From positions 16,448 to 80,447 of the forward strand of contig JAQGDQ010000919.1 of the NCBI GenBank assembly GCA_030141605.1: 64,000 nt of DNA. The letters run 5' to 3'. This stretch comes from Tubiluchus corallicola. Taxonomy: Eukaryota; Animalia; Priapulida. The notes beneath the pieces were generated by a model, which was given only the letters and a program-made list of their open reading frames with translations, was not told the origin of the DNA and searched no databases. Shown here in pieces: positions 53,253 through 64,000 of this stretch (position 1 is the stretch's first letter; each line of letters starts with the position of its first letter). The position numbers were made by a program, and so were the translations under genes.

Positions 53253-54166
53253 AAGTTTGATAGCATAATATTACTACTTATATACTTTTACTATAATACT
53301 AATTATAGCTACTTTATACTGGTATACTAACAGCGTGTACGCAATTTTGCAGCCGTGAGTCAAAATACACACCGAAGTTGAACTATGATGAGGCAAAATT
53401 TGAAGATTATAACAATAAACAACCAAAGTCGAACACGTGTCAAGAACATTTCAATGAGAATCTAAAATTATCACCAGGTCTGAAAAGTTTTGAACAAAAA
53501 CTGACATTTCGGTGATTTTTGCAAGGTCTTAACGAAACCATGTTCACTAAAATGTGGCAGTGAGTTTTGATGATCACACATGACTCATTGTTGATGAACA
53601 TTTTAATTTTTACTTATATTGCCTTTAATAAAATGGCTTCACGTCGAGAGTGAATCGTCTGTTTTGGGGCTTTAAATGAAATGCTGCACGTCTGTTTTGA
53701 AAATGCTGAAGTCTGTTTTGTTTGCTTATAATAAGCAATACCACTTGAATACTTGATGTTAAAGTAATTATGCCTGAAGGGTCATTATAAATTTAAGTTA
53801 CTCAAATAATTTTTAAAATGTAGTTACTTAGAACACTTTCAACTTAATTTACTAGTTAACAACCGTCATTCAAGTATTAAACAAAGAGACATTGTGCACT
53901 TAACATTAGTACACCACAAATACTTTTTCTTCGAAATATTATTTATAAACTTCCACCTCTCAGGGGCTTTAGGTGCCGTAATAACATTTCACTTCATGAC
54001 GTCAGCGAATTTTAATTAGTTGTTGAGGATGATGTTAAAAAATCGTGTACGTAATTAGGTCACGGAGCTTTGACATTCTGATTAGTTACTTGTTTCTTTT
54101 GGGTAATTAAAGAAATCTTACTGCTTAGTAATTAATTATGATGATTTCATGGCATAGTGAGGAAAT

Positions 54167-55297
54167 AACAAGTCACTCAGTATGTTGGGTTTATTTTACT
54201 GTTATCACTTAAACTGTTTGTGGTGTTCTAGAGGAAAGAACAAGTCACTCGGTATGTTGGGTTCATTGTACTGTTATCACTTAAACTGTTTGTGGTGTGC
54301 TAGAGGAAAGAACAAGTCACTCAGTATGTTGGGTTCATTTTACTGTTATCACTTAAACTGTTTGTGGTGTTCTATAGGAAAGAACAAGTCACTCAGTATG
54401 TTGGGTTCATTTTACTGTTATCACTTAAACTGTTTGTGGTGTGCTATAGGAAAGAACAAGTCACTCAGTATGTTGGGTTTATTTTACTGTTATCACGTAA
54501 ACTGTTTGTGGTGTGCTAGAGGAAAGAACAAGTCACTCGGTATGTTGGGTTCATTGTACTGTTATCACTTAAACTGTTTGTGGTGTGCTAGAGGAAAGAA
54601 CAAGTCACTCAGTATGATGGGTTTATTTTACTGTTATCACTTAAACTGTTTGTGCTGTGCTAGAGGAAAGAACAAGTCACTCAGTATATTGGGTTCATTT
54701 TACTGTTGTCACTTAAACTGTTTGTGGTGTGCTAGAGGAAAGAACAAGTCACTCAGTATGATGGGTTTATTTTACTGTTATCACTTAAACTGTTTGTGCT
54801 GTGCTAGAGGAAAGAACAAGTCACTCAGTACGTTGGGTTCATTTTACTGTTATCACTTAAACTGTTTGTGCTGTTCTAGAGGAAAGAACAAGTCACTCAG
54901 TATGATGGGTTTATTTTTACTGTTATCACTTAAACTGTTTGTGCTGTGCTAGAGGAAAGAACAAGTCACTCAGTATATTGGGTTCATTTTACTGTTGTCA
55001 CTTAAACTGTTTGTGCTGTGCTAGAGGAAAGAACAAGTCACTCAGTATATTGGGTTCATTTTACTGTTGTCACTTAAACTGTTTGTGGTGTGCTAGAGGA
55101 AAGAACAAGACACTCAGTATGTTGGGTTCATTTTACTGTTATCACTTAAACTGTTTGTGGTGTGCTAGAGGCAAGAACAAGTCACTCAGTATATTCGGTT
55201 CATTTTACTGTTGTCACTTAAACTGTTTGTGGTGTTCTAGAGGAAAGAACAAGTCACTCAGTATGTTGGGTTCATTTTACTGTTATCATTTAAACTT
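54167..55297. repeat. 72 bp tandem array (~15.5 units) derived from a K1 MITE end
   Basis: Unit GAACAAGTCACTCAGTATGTTGGGTTCATTTTACTGTTATCACTTAAACTGTTTGTGGTGTGCTAGAGGAAA; last unit runs into the K1 body. Confidence 0.95.
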
Positions 55298-55730
55298 AGA
55301 AAAATATAACTAAGAAATTTGCAAAGAACTGCCTATAAAGCATAAATGTAGAATATACTACCTCTGAAATTTTCAGGCGTGGTGGTTGCCACCATTCACT
55401 TCAAAATCACGATGTGAATTTCGTGAACTTAAGCTAATTCAAATTTCTGCAACTTACTTTATGCTCACGCAAAGATATTACAGAATTAGCTATCTAATTT
55501 CTTTATAATAACATATTATACTTTTAGTGAAGATTGACAGTGCGCTACTTTTCTTCAGGATGAATGACGTCATTGAAAGAAGAATGGGAATTGAAAATGG
55601 CGCCCAAGCATGAAGTGATCGCGACTTTAAAGTGATTTTACAAACGAGGCGCTTATTGGAGTTTTATTACTAAATGCTACTAACGTTTTTCCCGAATAAA
55701 CCTGACTTCCTAAAAGGCTTGGCATTTCCT
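55240..55730 (+). mobile_element. Kolobok-like MITE, family K1 copy
   Basis: AGGAAAGAACAAGTC...AAGAAATTTGCAAA...TTTCCT|TTAA; collinear with 21698-22318. Confidence 0.72.
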
Positions 55731-55766
55731 TTAACTAAAAAGATACTAACGCTACAAGAACTAATA

Positions 55767-56269
55767 CTGCGAACAGAATTGCTATGTCATTTATTCTGGG
55801 AACAGCATTGCTATGTCATTTATACTGCGAGCAGCATTGCTGTGTCATTTATACTGCGAACAGAATTGCTATGTCATTTGTACTATAGAACAGCATTGCT
55901 GTGTCATTTATACTGCGAACAGCATTGCTATGTCATTTGTACTATAGAACAGCATTGCTGTGTCATTTATTCTGGGAACAGCATTGCTATGTCATTTATT
56001 CTGGGAACAGCATTGCTATGTCATTTATTCTGGGAACAGCATTGCTATGTCATTTATTCTGGGAACAGCATTGCTATGTCATTTATTCTGGGAACAGCAT
56101 TGCTATGTCATTTATTCTGGGAACAGCATTGCTATGTCATTTGTTCTGGGAACAGCATTGCTATGTCATTTATTCTGGGAACAGCATTGCTATGTCATTT
56201 ATTCTGGGAACAGCATTGCTATGTCATTTATTCTGGGAACAGCATTGCTATGTCATTTGTTCTGGGAAC
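55767..56269. repeat. 29 bp minisatellite (~17 units)
   Basis: Unit CTGGGAACAGCATTGCTATGTCATTTATT. Confidence 0.96.
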
Positions 56270-56858
56270 TTTACTGCTGGCGCTGTTTGGCTAGATCATT
56301 ATACCGGAGTGAGAGTCGTGTTTCCCGGGTTTGTGGCCAGAGCAAACCGAATAATATTATCCAGTACATAATGGGAAGTAGGCTTGGTAAACAACGTTTG
56401 ACCTTGTTCTATTGATGGCTGCTGATCGATAATGTTTAGTCTGGATTCCTGCATCCCATTGTGGAGGTTTGCACTGTCGGTTCTTTTCAAAGCGTAGATT
56501 GTTGATTGTTTGTCTCTGTTGTTTGTGTTTGTTTACTGTTTGTTTTAGAGTTAGTCATTTCTTGCCAAAGCCAAGGACACGTCGCACTACCGCTGTATTT
56601 TTTAGTGAACGTGCTTTAAGGAGGCGTCTGGACGTTTTCTTCAAGATTTCTATTTCTCGCTACAAGGTGGCGCCAGATGTATGAAACATTGTCAGACCAC
56701 GTGGCTTGTTACGGCATACTAAGGCTAAATAACTTTTATGAAGAACTTACCCAGTGTATTTTTCTGCATTTCCTACATAAGTAAAAAACACTTTGATAAT
56801 TCTAAACTTTACTTCTATACCTTGTAAGTAAATATAAGCTACTACAATTTATTTTCAG

Positions 56859-56960
56859 GCTTTGAAACCTATTTCGGGTATATTCTGTTTCCTGGTCACC
56901 GAGGCAAGAGAGACAACTGCATTGGAGATGCCAGACCACGAAAATTCTTTTGTACTCAAG
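56859..56960 (+). CDS. SH2B: SH2B coding exon 2 (PH domain)
   Basis: ttcag/gtactt, 102 nt, phase 0/0: ALKPISGIFCFLVTEARETTALEMPDHENSFVLK (family motif TTALEMPD). Absent from the ORF track. Confidence 0.96.
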
Positions 56961-57476
56961 GTACTTTAAGTTGTTCAATTCACTCAGAAAAACACAAAAA
57001 ACAACTTCTAATTTTATCACAAAAATTAATCTAATTAATCTGTGGTAGCATTTGCTCATTTTTTTTCAGTACAGAGTTGAACGTCGTTTTATTTTTCATT
57101 GAAAGTTTGGGAACTCTGCTTGCTGCAATTCCAAAAATGGGTTTTTTCCCTCAGTGATATACAAGTACACGTACAAAGTACATTTGTAATGATGGCTAGT
57201 TAGTTTTTTGCTTGCAGTATCCCTGAACAATGTGACCACGACTATTGCAGCAGGGTTGTGTTAGTTTATCATTACTTTTTTCTTTGATTTATGTTAAAAG
57301 CTACGTTAAAATAAAGTTCATAATGCTTTCATTATAAATGTCGCATTTGCCAATTTTTTTAGGGAGGAACAGGGCCGTCTTAATATCATTATAGGTCCCC
57401 GGGCAAAGTAGTGCATTGGCACTTGTCTACATAACTACTCGCAGGAATAAAATGTAAAAGGTCAATAAAATTGTTT

Positions 57477-57887
57477 GGCATGCTTCTGTCCAGAAGACAA
57501 TGGAGTGTGCGCCAAGAGAGTCAGCTATTGATCACACTGATGGAGCTGCAGCGTCGACTGTGGCTGAGCAGTGGAATCCCTTGAACGTCTCCAGGGCACA
57601 TGCCTGGGAAAGGTGTTTGGAGATCCTGAGTTGCCCAGACAACAGGAACCCCCTCTCTTCCTCTATGGTGTAGTCCAAAGGAAAGCAGAGCGATACGTTT
57701 GGCACCAGGTTGGCTGCCGGAGTCAGTGAGCATGCTGCACTGGTCCGCCTTTGGGGCTCCACTCCTGATTTGGAAGGTTTATCCTCTACACGTGACCATT
57801 GGGTCGCTTGACCTGCCCCGCCCTCTGGCCGTTGGCTGCTTGTGCAGCTCCTCCGCCTAGTGTCGAGATACAGTATTTGCATCCCGC
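57477..57887 (-). mobile_element. GC-rich RTE-like 5' region directly downstream of the 5S copy
   Basis: Minus strand GGTGCCAAACGTATCGCTCTGCTTTCCTTTGGACTACA...GGGCAACTCAGGATCTCC resembles RTE/BovB-clade 5' UTRs as recalled. Confidence 0.55.
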
Positions 57888-58013
57888 AAGCCTACAGCAC
57901 CTGGTATTCCTAGGTGTAAACTGTCACTCATCCAAGTACTAACCAGGCTCTGTGTTGCTTAACTTCGGTGATCAGACGAGAACCGGTGTTTTCGACGTGA
58001 TTTGGCCGTAGGC
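57888..58013 (-). pseudogene. 5S rRNA-derived sequence (pseudogene or SINE head)
   Basis: Minus strand GCCTACGGCCAAATCACGTCGAAAACACCGGTTCTCGTCTGATCACCGAAGTTAAGC...GGTTAGTACTTGGATG...GGAATACCAGGTGCTGTAGGCTT; ~6 nt insertion after box C, no T4 terminator. Confidence 0.93.
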
Positions 58014-58895
58014 ATAAACTAAAGATATATTTATTGCATTGGTACTTTTAACAAAATCAGCGTTTAAACATTAAAAAACATGCTGTACAACAAAGATTAA
58101 TCAACACAAACATTTGAACAATATAACGTGAGTCTTGAAAAACTCAAAAATTTCAACATGTAAATGATAGTCAATTCGTAAACCATGCAGACGGTGGTGG
58201 TTATACAATAACGAATGTTTGTAGTTTAGTATAGTATGGTATTTATTGGCAGCAAATCACAACATACACAGATTGGCATAGGGCCTCTACGCTTGTGGGG
58301 CCCACGGACAACTGCTTTAAGATGGCCCTGTGCCGTCTATGTTTTACAACCTGTTTTTAATTCTTATATCTGTCACGGTATCTCCTGCTGTCCACTGAGT
58401 AAAAAATACTAAAGTTCCTTGCATTTACATGACATTGTGTATAAAAAAGTTTAATTTTATTGCATTAGTTATAAACCTAGTTATATTTGAATTAGTTACT
58501 AAATTATGTAAGTCATAAGTCATTTATTCCACATTACACATTTACAATATCTAGTGAAAGGGCCTACAATGAACATAATGCAAATAAGAAATACTGCACA
58601 GGAAAAGCCTCACACACTGTTCACTTATATACGAATGTAAATGTGTTGGGGGCAATCAAAAAGCAGGGCTTGTTAGATTGTCCCACACAGTGATAGAAAA
58701 AAAAGTAATGGAAATAATCTGAAAATTTGAAGTGAATGGTATGATAAAGAAAACATTTAGTGCTTAAAATGGAATGATGTAATGAATGATGCTCATATAT
58801 GAGATAATATAAAACATAGAAAGACTATTATTTGTTAATAGTATGTAAAATTAAGATAACTTGATTAAGCTAACATGGATAACATCATTTCACAG

Positions 58896-59017
58896 GCTGA
58901 GAACAGAATGGAATACGTGATCGAAGCCTCTGACATTGACGACATGAGGGAGTGGCTAGCTATGGTGCGATATTGTATGAAGCCAACAAATCGTGAAGGA
59001 AGCCCTAGTAACTTTAC
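58896..59017 (+). CDS. SH2B: SH2B coding exon 3 (PH C-terminal helix)
   Basis: cacag/gtaagt, 122 nt, phase 0/2: AENRMEYVIEASDIDDMREWLAMVRYCMKPTNREGSPSNF. Confidence 0.95.
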
Positions 59018-59269
59018 GTAAGTACAAGATAGACGCTTTTTGACTAGCACTTTAGTTGATTAAGTTTAAAAGGTGGCATTGACGATTTGTGCTGTCAATG
59101 CGGCGTGGTAGTGCGATTTGTGCGGTCAATGCGGCGTGGTGGTCATGCGGATGGCAGGAGAAAGTTTGAACTGTTTGCCTTCAAATTAACTTGTCATAGA
59201 CGTATTTAGACATTTTTGCATTGCCAGAATGGTAACGTTTTACTTCATAGCATTTTATTTTACTTTAAC

Positions 59270-59641
59270 TGTTGTGTTTTGTTTCTCTTGGAAGGCTCGT
59301 AGAGAAAACCAGAAAACACTTCGTCAAATTAAACTAGTTTATTAAGCCAGAATTCTGCAACACAAAAGTATGAAGGAACGCAAAATGATTACACTAAACG
59401 TGAAAATCTGGAAAACGTTTGAGTGTATCTGAAAATACAAGTATTCAAGAGAATGTGTAAGTGGCGTCCGTGTGAAATCTGCGAGTGTCTCTCTCAGCGG
59501 CCTGCTTCAACTTATATAGGGTGCCAGGGAACATTCTAGACGTTTCTTTCTAGAACATTCTACAAGGTAAGACGATTATTCTAATGGAACATTCTACAAT
59601 GTTCTATTTAATTCTAATAGATGCCAGCGATATCCACAACA
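59270..59641 (-). mobile_element. Solo LTR
   Basis: TGTTGTG...CACAACA ends, 5 bp TSD TTAAC on both sides; minus-strand TATA (~59513-59518) followed by AATAAA (~59338-59343). Confidence 0.8.
59529..59605. promoter_or_regulatory. Heat-shock element cluster in the solo LTR
   Basis: GAACATTCTAGA (59529), TTCTAGAACATTC (59548), GAACATTCTACAATGTTC (59587): alternating nGAAn pentamers. Confidence 0.65.
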
Positions 59642-59715
59642 TTAACGTTTTAGCAGTGCCCAGTTAGTATGCCCATGTTTGTATCAGTAACCTATGTATT
59701 TGTGACTTATTTTAG

Positions 59716-59765
59716 GCGACCAAGATTGCCCAGTGCGGACGGAGATCTTGGCCGATTACGAAGAG
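59716..59765 (+). CDS. SH2B: SH2B coding exon 4 (linker)
   Basis: tttag/gtaaga, 50 nt, phase 2/1: (T)RPRLPSADGDLGRLRR; restores frame between flanking exons. Confidence 0.8.
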
Positions 59766-60476
59766 GTAAGAAAAATAAAGCTTTATTATAAAACTGAAAT
59801 AGCTTCAAAATAGTGAAACGGCTGCAAAATATCGCACAACTCGAAATAGCCGCAAGATGTCTATTTTCGTTTTCGATGGAAACCGTGATTTTAATGAATT
59901 CTTAGATGGTTGCTGTGATATTTCACAATTTGATATTTAGATGCGAGAAAACCTTTTCATCCGTCGTCTAAATTTGCATCAGCAAATTACTCCTGGTTTC
60001 CATTTCTGGAATGTTTCACGCAAATTTCCAACAATAATTTAGCCAATTATCCTGCATACGATGTAATATACCGGCTATAAATTTCTTGTGTGGGAATCAC
60101 AAATATCACCTCTTCATATTTAGCAAATGTCACTGCCTGTCTCATCTCAGGTTACTCGTAGGCCGTGATTTTGTGTAGCTGTTGCGTAATGTTCATTTAA
60201 TGACTGTAAGGGGGGTGGGAAAGGTGGGTGTTGAGCACGGGGGTTAGCGACTGATCTGCTGAGTTATGCCCGATGAAGCCGTTAACTCTGGTTTCCTTTC
60301 TCATAGATACGAGAGAAAAATGGTTATGGCAAAATCAATGCGGGGCTTGAATCTGTTTTTCTATTGGCTGCTGTTCCCCTATTTTATATTCCTGAGATGA
60401 AAAGCTCAAGGTCAAGGTCGCACAAGGTCACGGTATTATTTACACTATAATTAGACCTTCTTTTGTACTAGCGGCT

Positions 60477-60932
60477 GCTTAATATTCCTGTAAAGCAAGA
60501 GCAAGCTACGTCAAGCTAGCAAAATTCAGGCCAAGCTTAGGTTTGCTAGTCTGCTGGTTGCTAGTCACGAGGTCAAGGTCAATGCAAATTTGACGCTGGG
60601 TTCTGCGTCTGGTTCTCTGTTGGTGGTTGCTTAATATTCCCGTAAAGCAAGAGCAAGCTACGTCAAGCTAGCAAAATTCAGGCCAAGCTTAGGTTTGCTA
60701 GTCTGCTGGTTGCTGTTCACGAGGTCAAGGTCAATGCAAATTTGACGCTGGGTTCTGCGTCTGCTTCTCTATTGGTGGTTGCTTAATATTCCCTTAAAGC
60801 AAGAGCAAGCTACGTCAAGCTAGCAAAATTCAGGCCAAGCTTAGGTTTGCTAGTCTGCTGGTTGCTGTTCACGAGGTCAAGGTCAATGCAAATTTGATGC
60901 TGGGTTCTGGGTCTGGTTCTCTATTGGTGGTT
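60477..60932. repeat. 152 bp tandem triplication
   Basis: GCTTAATATTCC...AGGTCAAGGTCAATGC... starting at 60477, 60629 and 60781. Confidence 0.93.
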
Positions 60933-61409
60933 GATTTGCTAGTTTCCATAATTTGTTGAATATACCTTATGCCTGCTTTCTGAAATCCATCGTTAAAATT
61001 GGTTTTTTTTTCTTGACTGCGTCTGTGGATAGAGCTTTGTCAGTTTAAAAGATGAAAATAAATTATAAATACGATCATTACTGAAAGCTCTATGAACATG
61101 CAGAGCTGCAGTATCATCAGACGTCTTACAAAAATATCAACTTTCGGACAAATTTTAACAATATAGTACACGTTTGTATAATTTTGCGAAATCATTCTAA
61201 AATGAGTGTACAGATGGCTCTTGCATCTGCCGCAGTGCTTAACGGGACATGAAACTTTTGCGTCAAAATGGAATTTCGTACATAATCCTGGACAATTAAG
61301 CTAGAATTTAACTGGATAGTCGGGGCATTAAACTAAACTAATATTCATGTCACATTAATATTCATGTCCTGAGGCAATTTTACTTGCTCCTGATCCATTG
61401 GACATTTTA

Positions 61410-61680
61410 CCAGACGGTTTAGTCTAGTGTTAATGCGTCTGCTTTCCGTCTGGGAGGTCGTGAGTTCGAACCAGCGGCCGGGTCATACCAAAGACTTCAA
61501 AAATGGTACCGCTGTTGCCCTGCCAGACGCATGGTATTTAGGGTAAAAGTGGGGTAATAATAGTCTCTGTTATGTAGTTGTAGGTTGTTATTTACAGTCG
61601 GTGATAATAGCTCTTTGAGCTAATGTTAACTGTTGATCCAACTTTAAATAAAGATTATTATTATTATTATTATTATTATT
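61410..61680 (+). mobile_element. tRNA-headed SINE with Meta-like domain and (ATT)n tail
   Basis: A/B boxes (TAGTCTAGTG, GAGTTCGAACC), then GGGTCATACCAAAGACTTCAAAAATGGTACC, AATAAA and (ATT)n tail. Confidence 0.8.
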
Positions 61681-61848
61681 GGCTTGAATATCGTTTAATA
61701 ATCACGACATATGATGTGACTTTTCACTCTGGTACTGCTGATTTTGTTCTTTTACCACTAGAAAACAATTAACTTACATAAATGTGTGAACCCCTTTCTT
61801 CCCCTTTCCCCCCTTTCGTCTTTTTTAATGATTGAATTCATTTTGCAG

Positions 61849-62058
61849 TTCATACAACGCCGACCAACAACAGCAGTGGTAGTGGAATCGATCGCATGTC
61901 CAGTTCTTCGCACTCGGACATCGAGCACCCGCCCGAAATTCCGCCCCGAACTCCGGCCAGGCGAACCCTGAACGGATTTCGGTCGTTACAGCGCACCCAC
62001 ACGAGCACGGGATTCGAGTTGAGTTCCTCTCCGGCATCCTGGTCGGAAAATGGAACAG
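61849..62058 (+). CDS. SH2B: SH2B coding exon 5 (Ser/Pro-rich linker; gene continues past the window)
   Basis: ttgcag/gtgagt, 210 nt, phase 1/1, open in the inherited frame: VHTTPTNN...HPPEIPPRTP...WSENGT. Confidence 0.82.
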
Positions 62059-62179
62059 GTGAGTTCATTTTGATACTTATTTCATCTAACTGATACGCTG
62101 GTCTCTTGTTCTCCGAGCAAACTTAAACTATTTGTGAAGAGATCGTCCTAGCCCTGCCCATTTCTGTTCTAACCCTAAC

Positions 62180-63645
62180 CAGGGATGTGCACTCATCCGG
62201 TATATAAAATCGGAGATCGGTAAGCAAGCTAGCATATCGGAACAGATCGGAGATCGGGGCCGATAATGCTCTAATAATCCGCAATAGGAACACTGATGCT
62301 AAAAGTTTCACTTCGATAACAGCTGAAATAAACTATGATTGGGCCTTTTGTTGTTAATGCCTAACGAATGCGATCGTAATAGCCACTTACGGTCATTAAT
62401 CTGAGCACTTTCTTCAAAAAATTCTATTTCATTTTCATTTTACGTACGAGTGTCGCCATTTTTAAGGGTTGACTGAGCAGCAAAACTAAAGCTGGTGTTT
62501 CGTACGCGTAATATGCAAACATTTTCAACTCAATGCTCAGCGTCGTTACAAATCTATTACATGTTTCTTTCGCAATGTCTCTGCAATTTTACGAGAAACA
62601 TCGTCACTGGTTAATTTTTTCATCGCGTTTGAAAACCCAATTGCTTATCGGGAGTGAAATATGTCGTTGAGTAAATTATACGAAGCTGAGCTTAAAGGTA
62701 TTAATAATTAACAGTAGATATCAAGTCAAAACTAATAAACAATTAGCATTTTACACAAGGACAAAAATGTCATATGACATTATGATGTCATAATGTAACA
62801 TGACAGAATTTTGATCTAAGGACTTCAAACAAAATCTGTAAATTGTTCAAACTCTGCGGAGATCGTTACCTGATTAATTGTTAATAGGCAGCCTAGTGAT
62901 TACTTTATATAACATCAATGTCCAATCACCAAATGTAAATTAACTCCAAACAATAAATTTACTATACAGAAATCAACACTTCTTAGCTTTATTGAAATTA
63001 AAGCTGCGTTCACATCATGAAATTTAAAGGATGTAGATAACAGTGAAATTTGTTGTAAACAAAATAAAGCTTTAATACACTGACAAAACGGTTTTCTAAT
63101 CAGAATTACAATTTATGAGAAATATACAGATGTGCAAAACAAGTGAAGTTTATACGAGGAAACATATATCTTGGTTTTAACGTATTGAATATTCATCCAT
63201 GATGACCATCCATTCTGTAATTCAATCACTAACAGGGAGTTAGCCCATTAACTAAATTAAACATGGATCTGCCTTCACTTAGCTTAAATAAAAACTCAGG
63301 ATAAGAAAGTAACTGCCATCTAGTGGCAAAATGAGTCAAAAATTATACAACATAAATTGATCAATGTAAATAAGCAAATGACAGCAGACATATCATATCC
63401 AAAATGTTACATATAACACTAGAAGAAGTCAATAAGTCATCTTATTCTCAAGCTAATGTCGTAATTGAGTTTTATTTTGACTTCACGCAATCACGACATA
63501 AACTGCAGTTACTGTTACAGCAGTTATAATACCATCATATCAGCTTAGGTCTGATGTCGGATCTGAGATCGGATCGGCCAACGCCGATAAGTAAAAATAA
63601 TCGGTATCGGAGCGGAACACAGGTTCCCACATCGGCACTTCACTG
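62180..63645. mobile_element. Old hAT-like non-autonomous element with ATCGG subterminal repeats
   Basis: Imperfect TIR CAGGGATGTGC / GCACTTCACTG; flanks ACCCTAAC/CCCCTAAT; ATCGG clusters at both ends. Confidence 0.6.
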
Positions 63646-64000
63646 CCCCTAATGCATTAATCAGCTTCAGTTAGCATTACCTTCATATAGTTGCAACGTT
63701 GGGGCTGAGGAAGTATAGGTTGAGGGATCATTTATTGTCACAATGTAAGTAAAGTTGCCCTAATCAATTGCTTAGAATATTTCACTGATTTATTGTGATA
63801 TTAATCTATTTCTTACATTTTTGCTAATGAAGAGGCCTACTTGAAATTTGGGCTAATCCATTTTACGCTGAAAGATGATGATGACACACAAAAAACAAAA
63901 CACCAACGCAACAAGCTCGACTGGAATTCCTGAAGCATTTAAGGGACTATGAATTATATCAAAAAATGCAAAAAGAAATTGAAGAAAGAATGGTGGGATC

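Larger units (their letters stand above)
57370..58330. mobile_element. hAT-like MITE hosting the 5S-derived insertion
   Basis: Inverted termini CAGGGCCGTCTTAA...TTAAGATGGCCCTG with GGGCCC-type subterminal motifs; no clear TSD. Confidence 0.65.

Noticed and set aside
54182-56415. Cys-rich repeat ORFs suggesting a zinc-finger or metallothionein-like protein
   Set aside because: Products of the 72 bp and 29 bp arrays; frameshifted near 54915 and derived from a MITE end.
57888-58013. Functional 5S rRNA gene
   Set aside because: Insertion, disrupted internal helix pairing, no terminator, solitary copy inside a transposon.

Overview
AT-rich, repeat-dense invertebrate (probably protostome) nuclear DNA, not prokaryotic. 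By manual splice reconstruction it holds three intron-containing genes on the + strand: the 3' half of TMEM245 (six exons, 1555-13949), a complete PHF5A (four coding exons, 19188-23378, 110 aa) and the 5' part of an SH2B/Lnk adaptor (five exons, 26887-62058, with a 29.3 kb first coding intron; the SH2 domain lies beyond the window). Most ORF-track entries are artefacts of micro- and minisatellites. Non-coding space holds hAT, Kolobok-like and piggyBac-like MITEs, tRNA-derived SINEs, LINE tails and tandem arrays with 23, 29, 38, 42, 68, 72, 107, 125 and 152 bp units. No CRISPR array or clearly new protein-coding system is supported. The best leads are a 5S rRNA-headed element fused to an RTE-like body and nested in a MITE, a complete bipartite non-autonomous RTE with a 19 bp TSD, a solo LTR with heat-shock elements antisense to SH2B, MITE-seeded satellites, and a hAT-like MITE pair with 6 bp TSDs and a CTCF-like motif. 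All family assignments come from recalled sequence similarity; no search was run.
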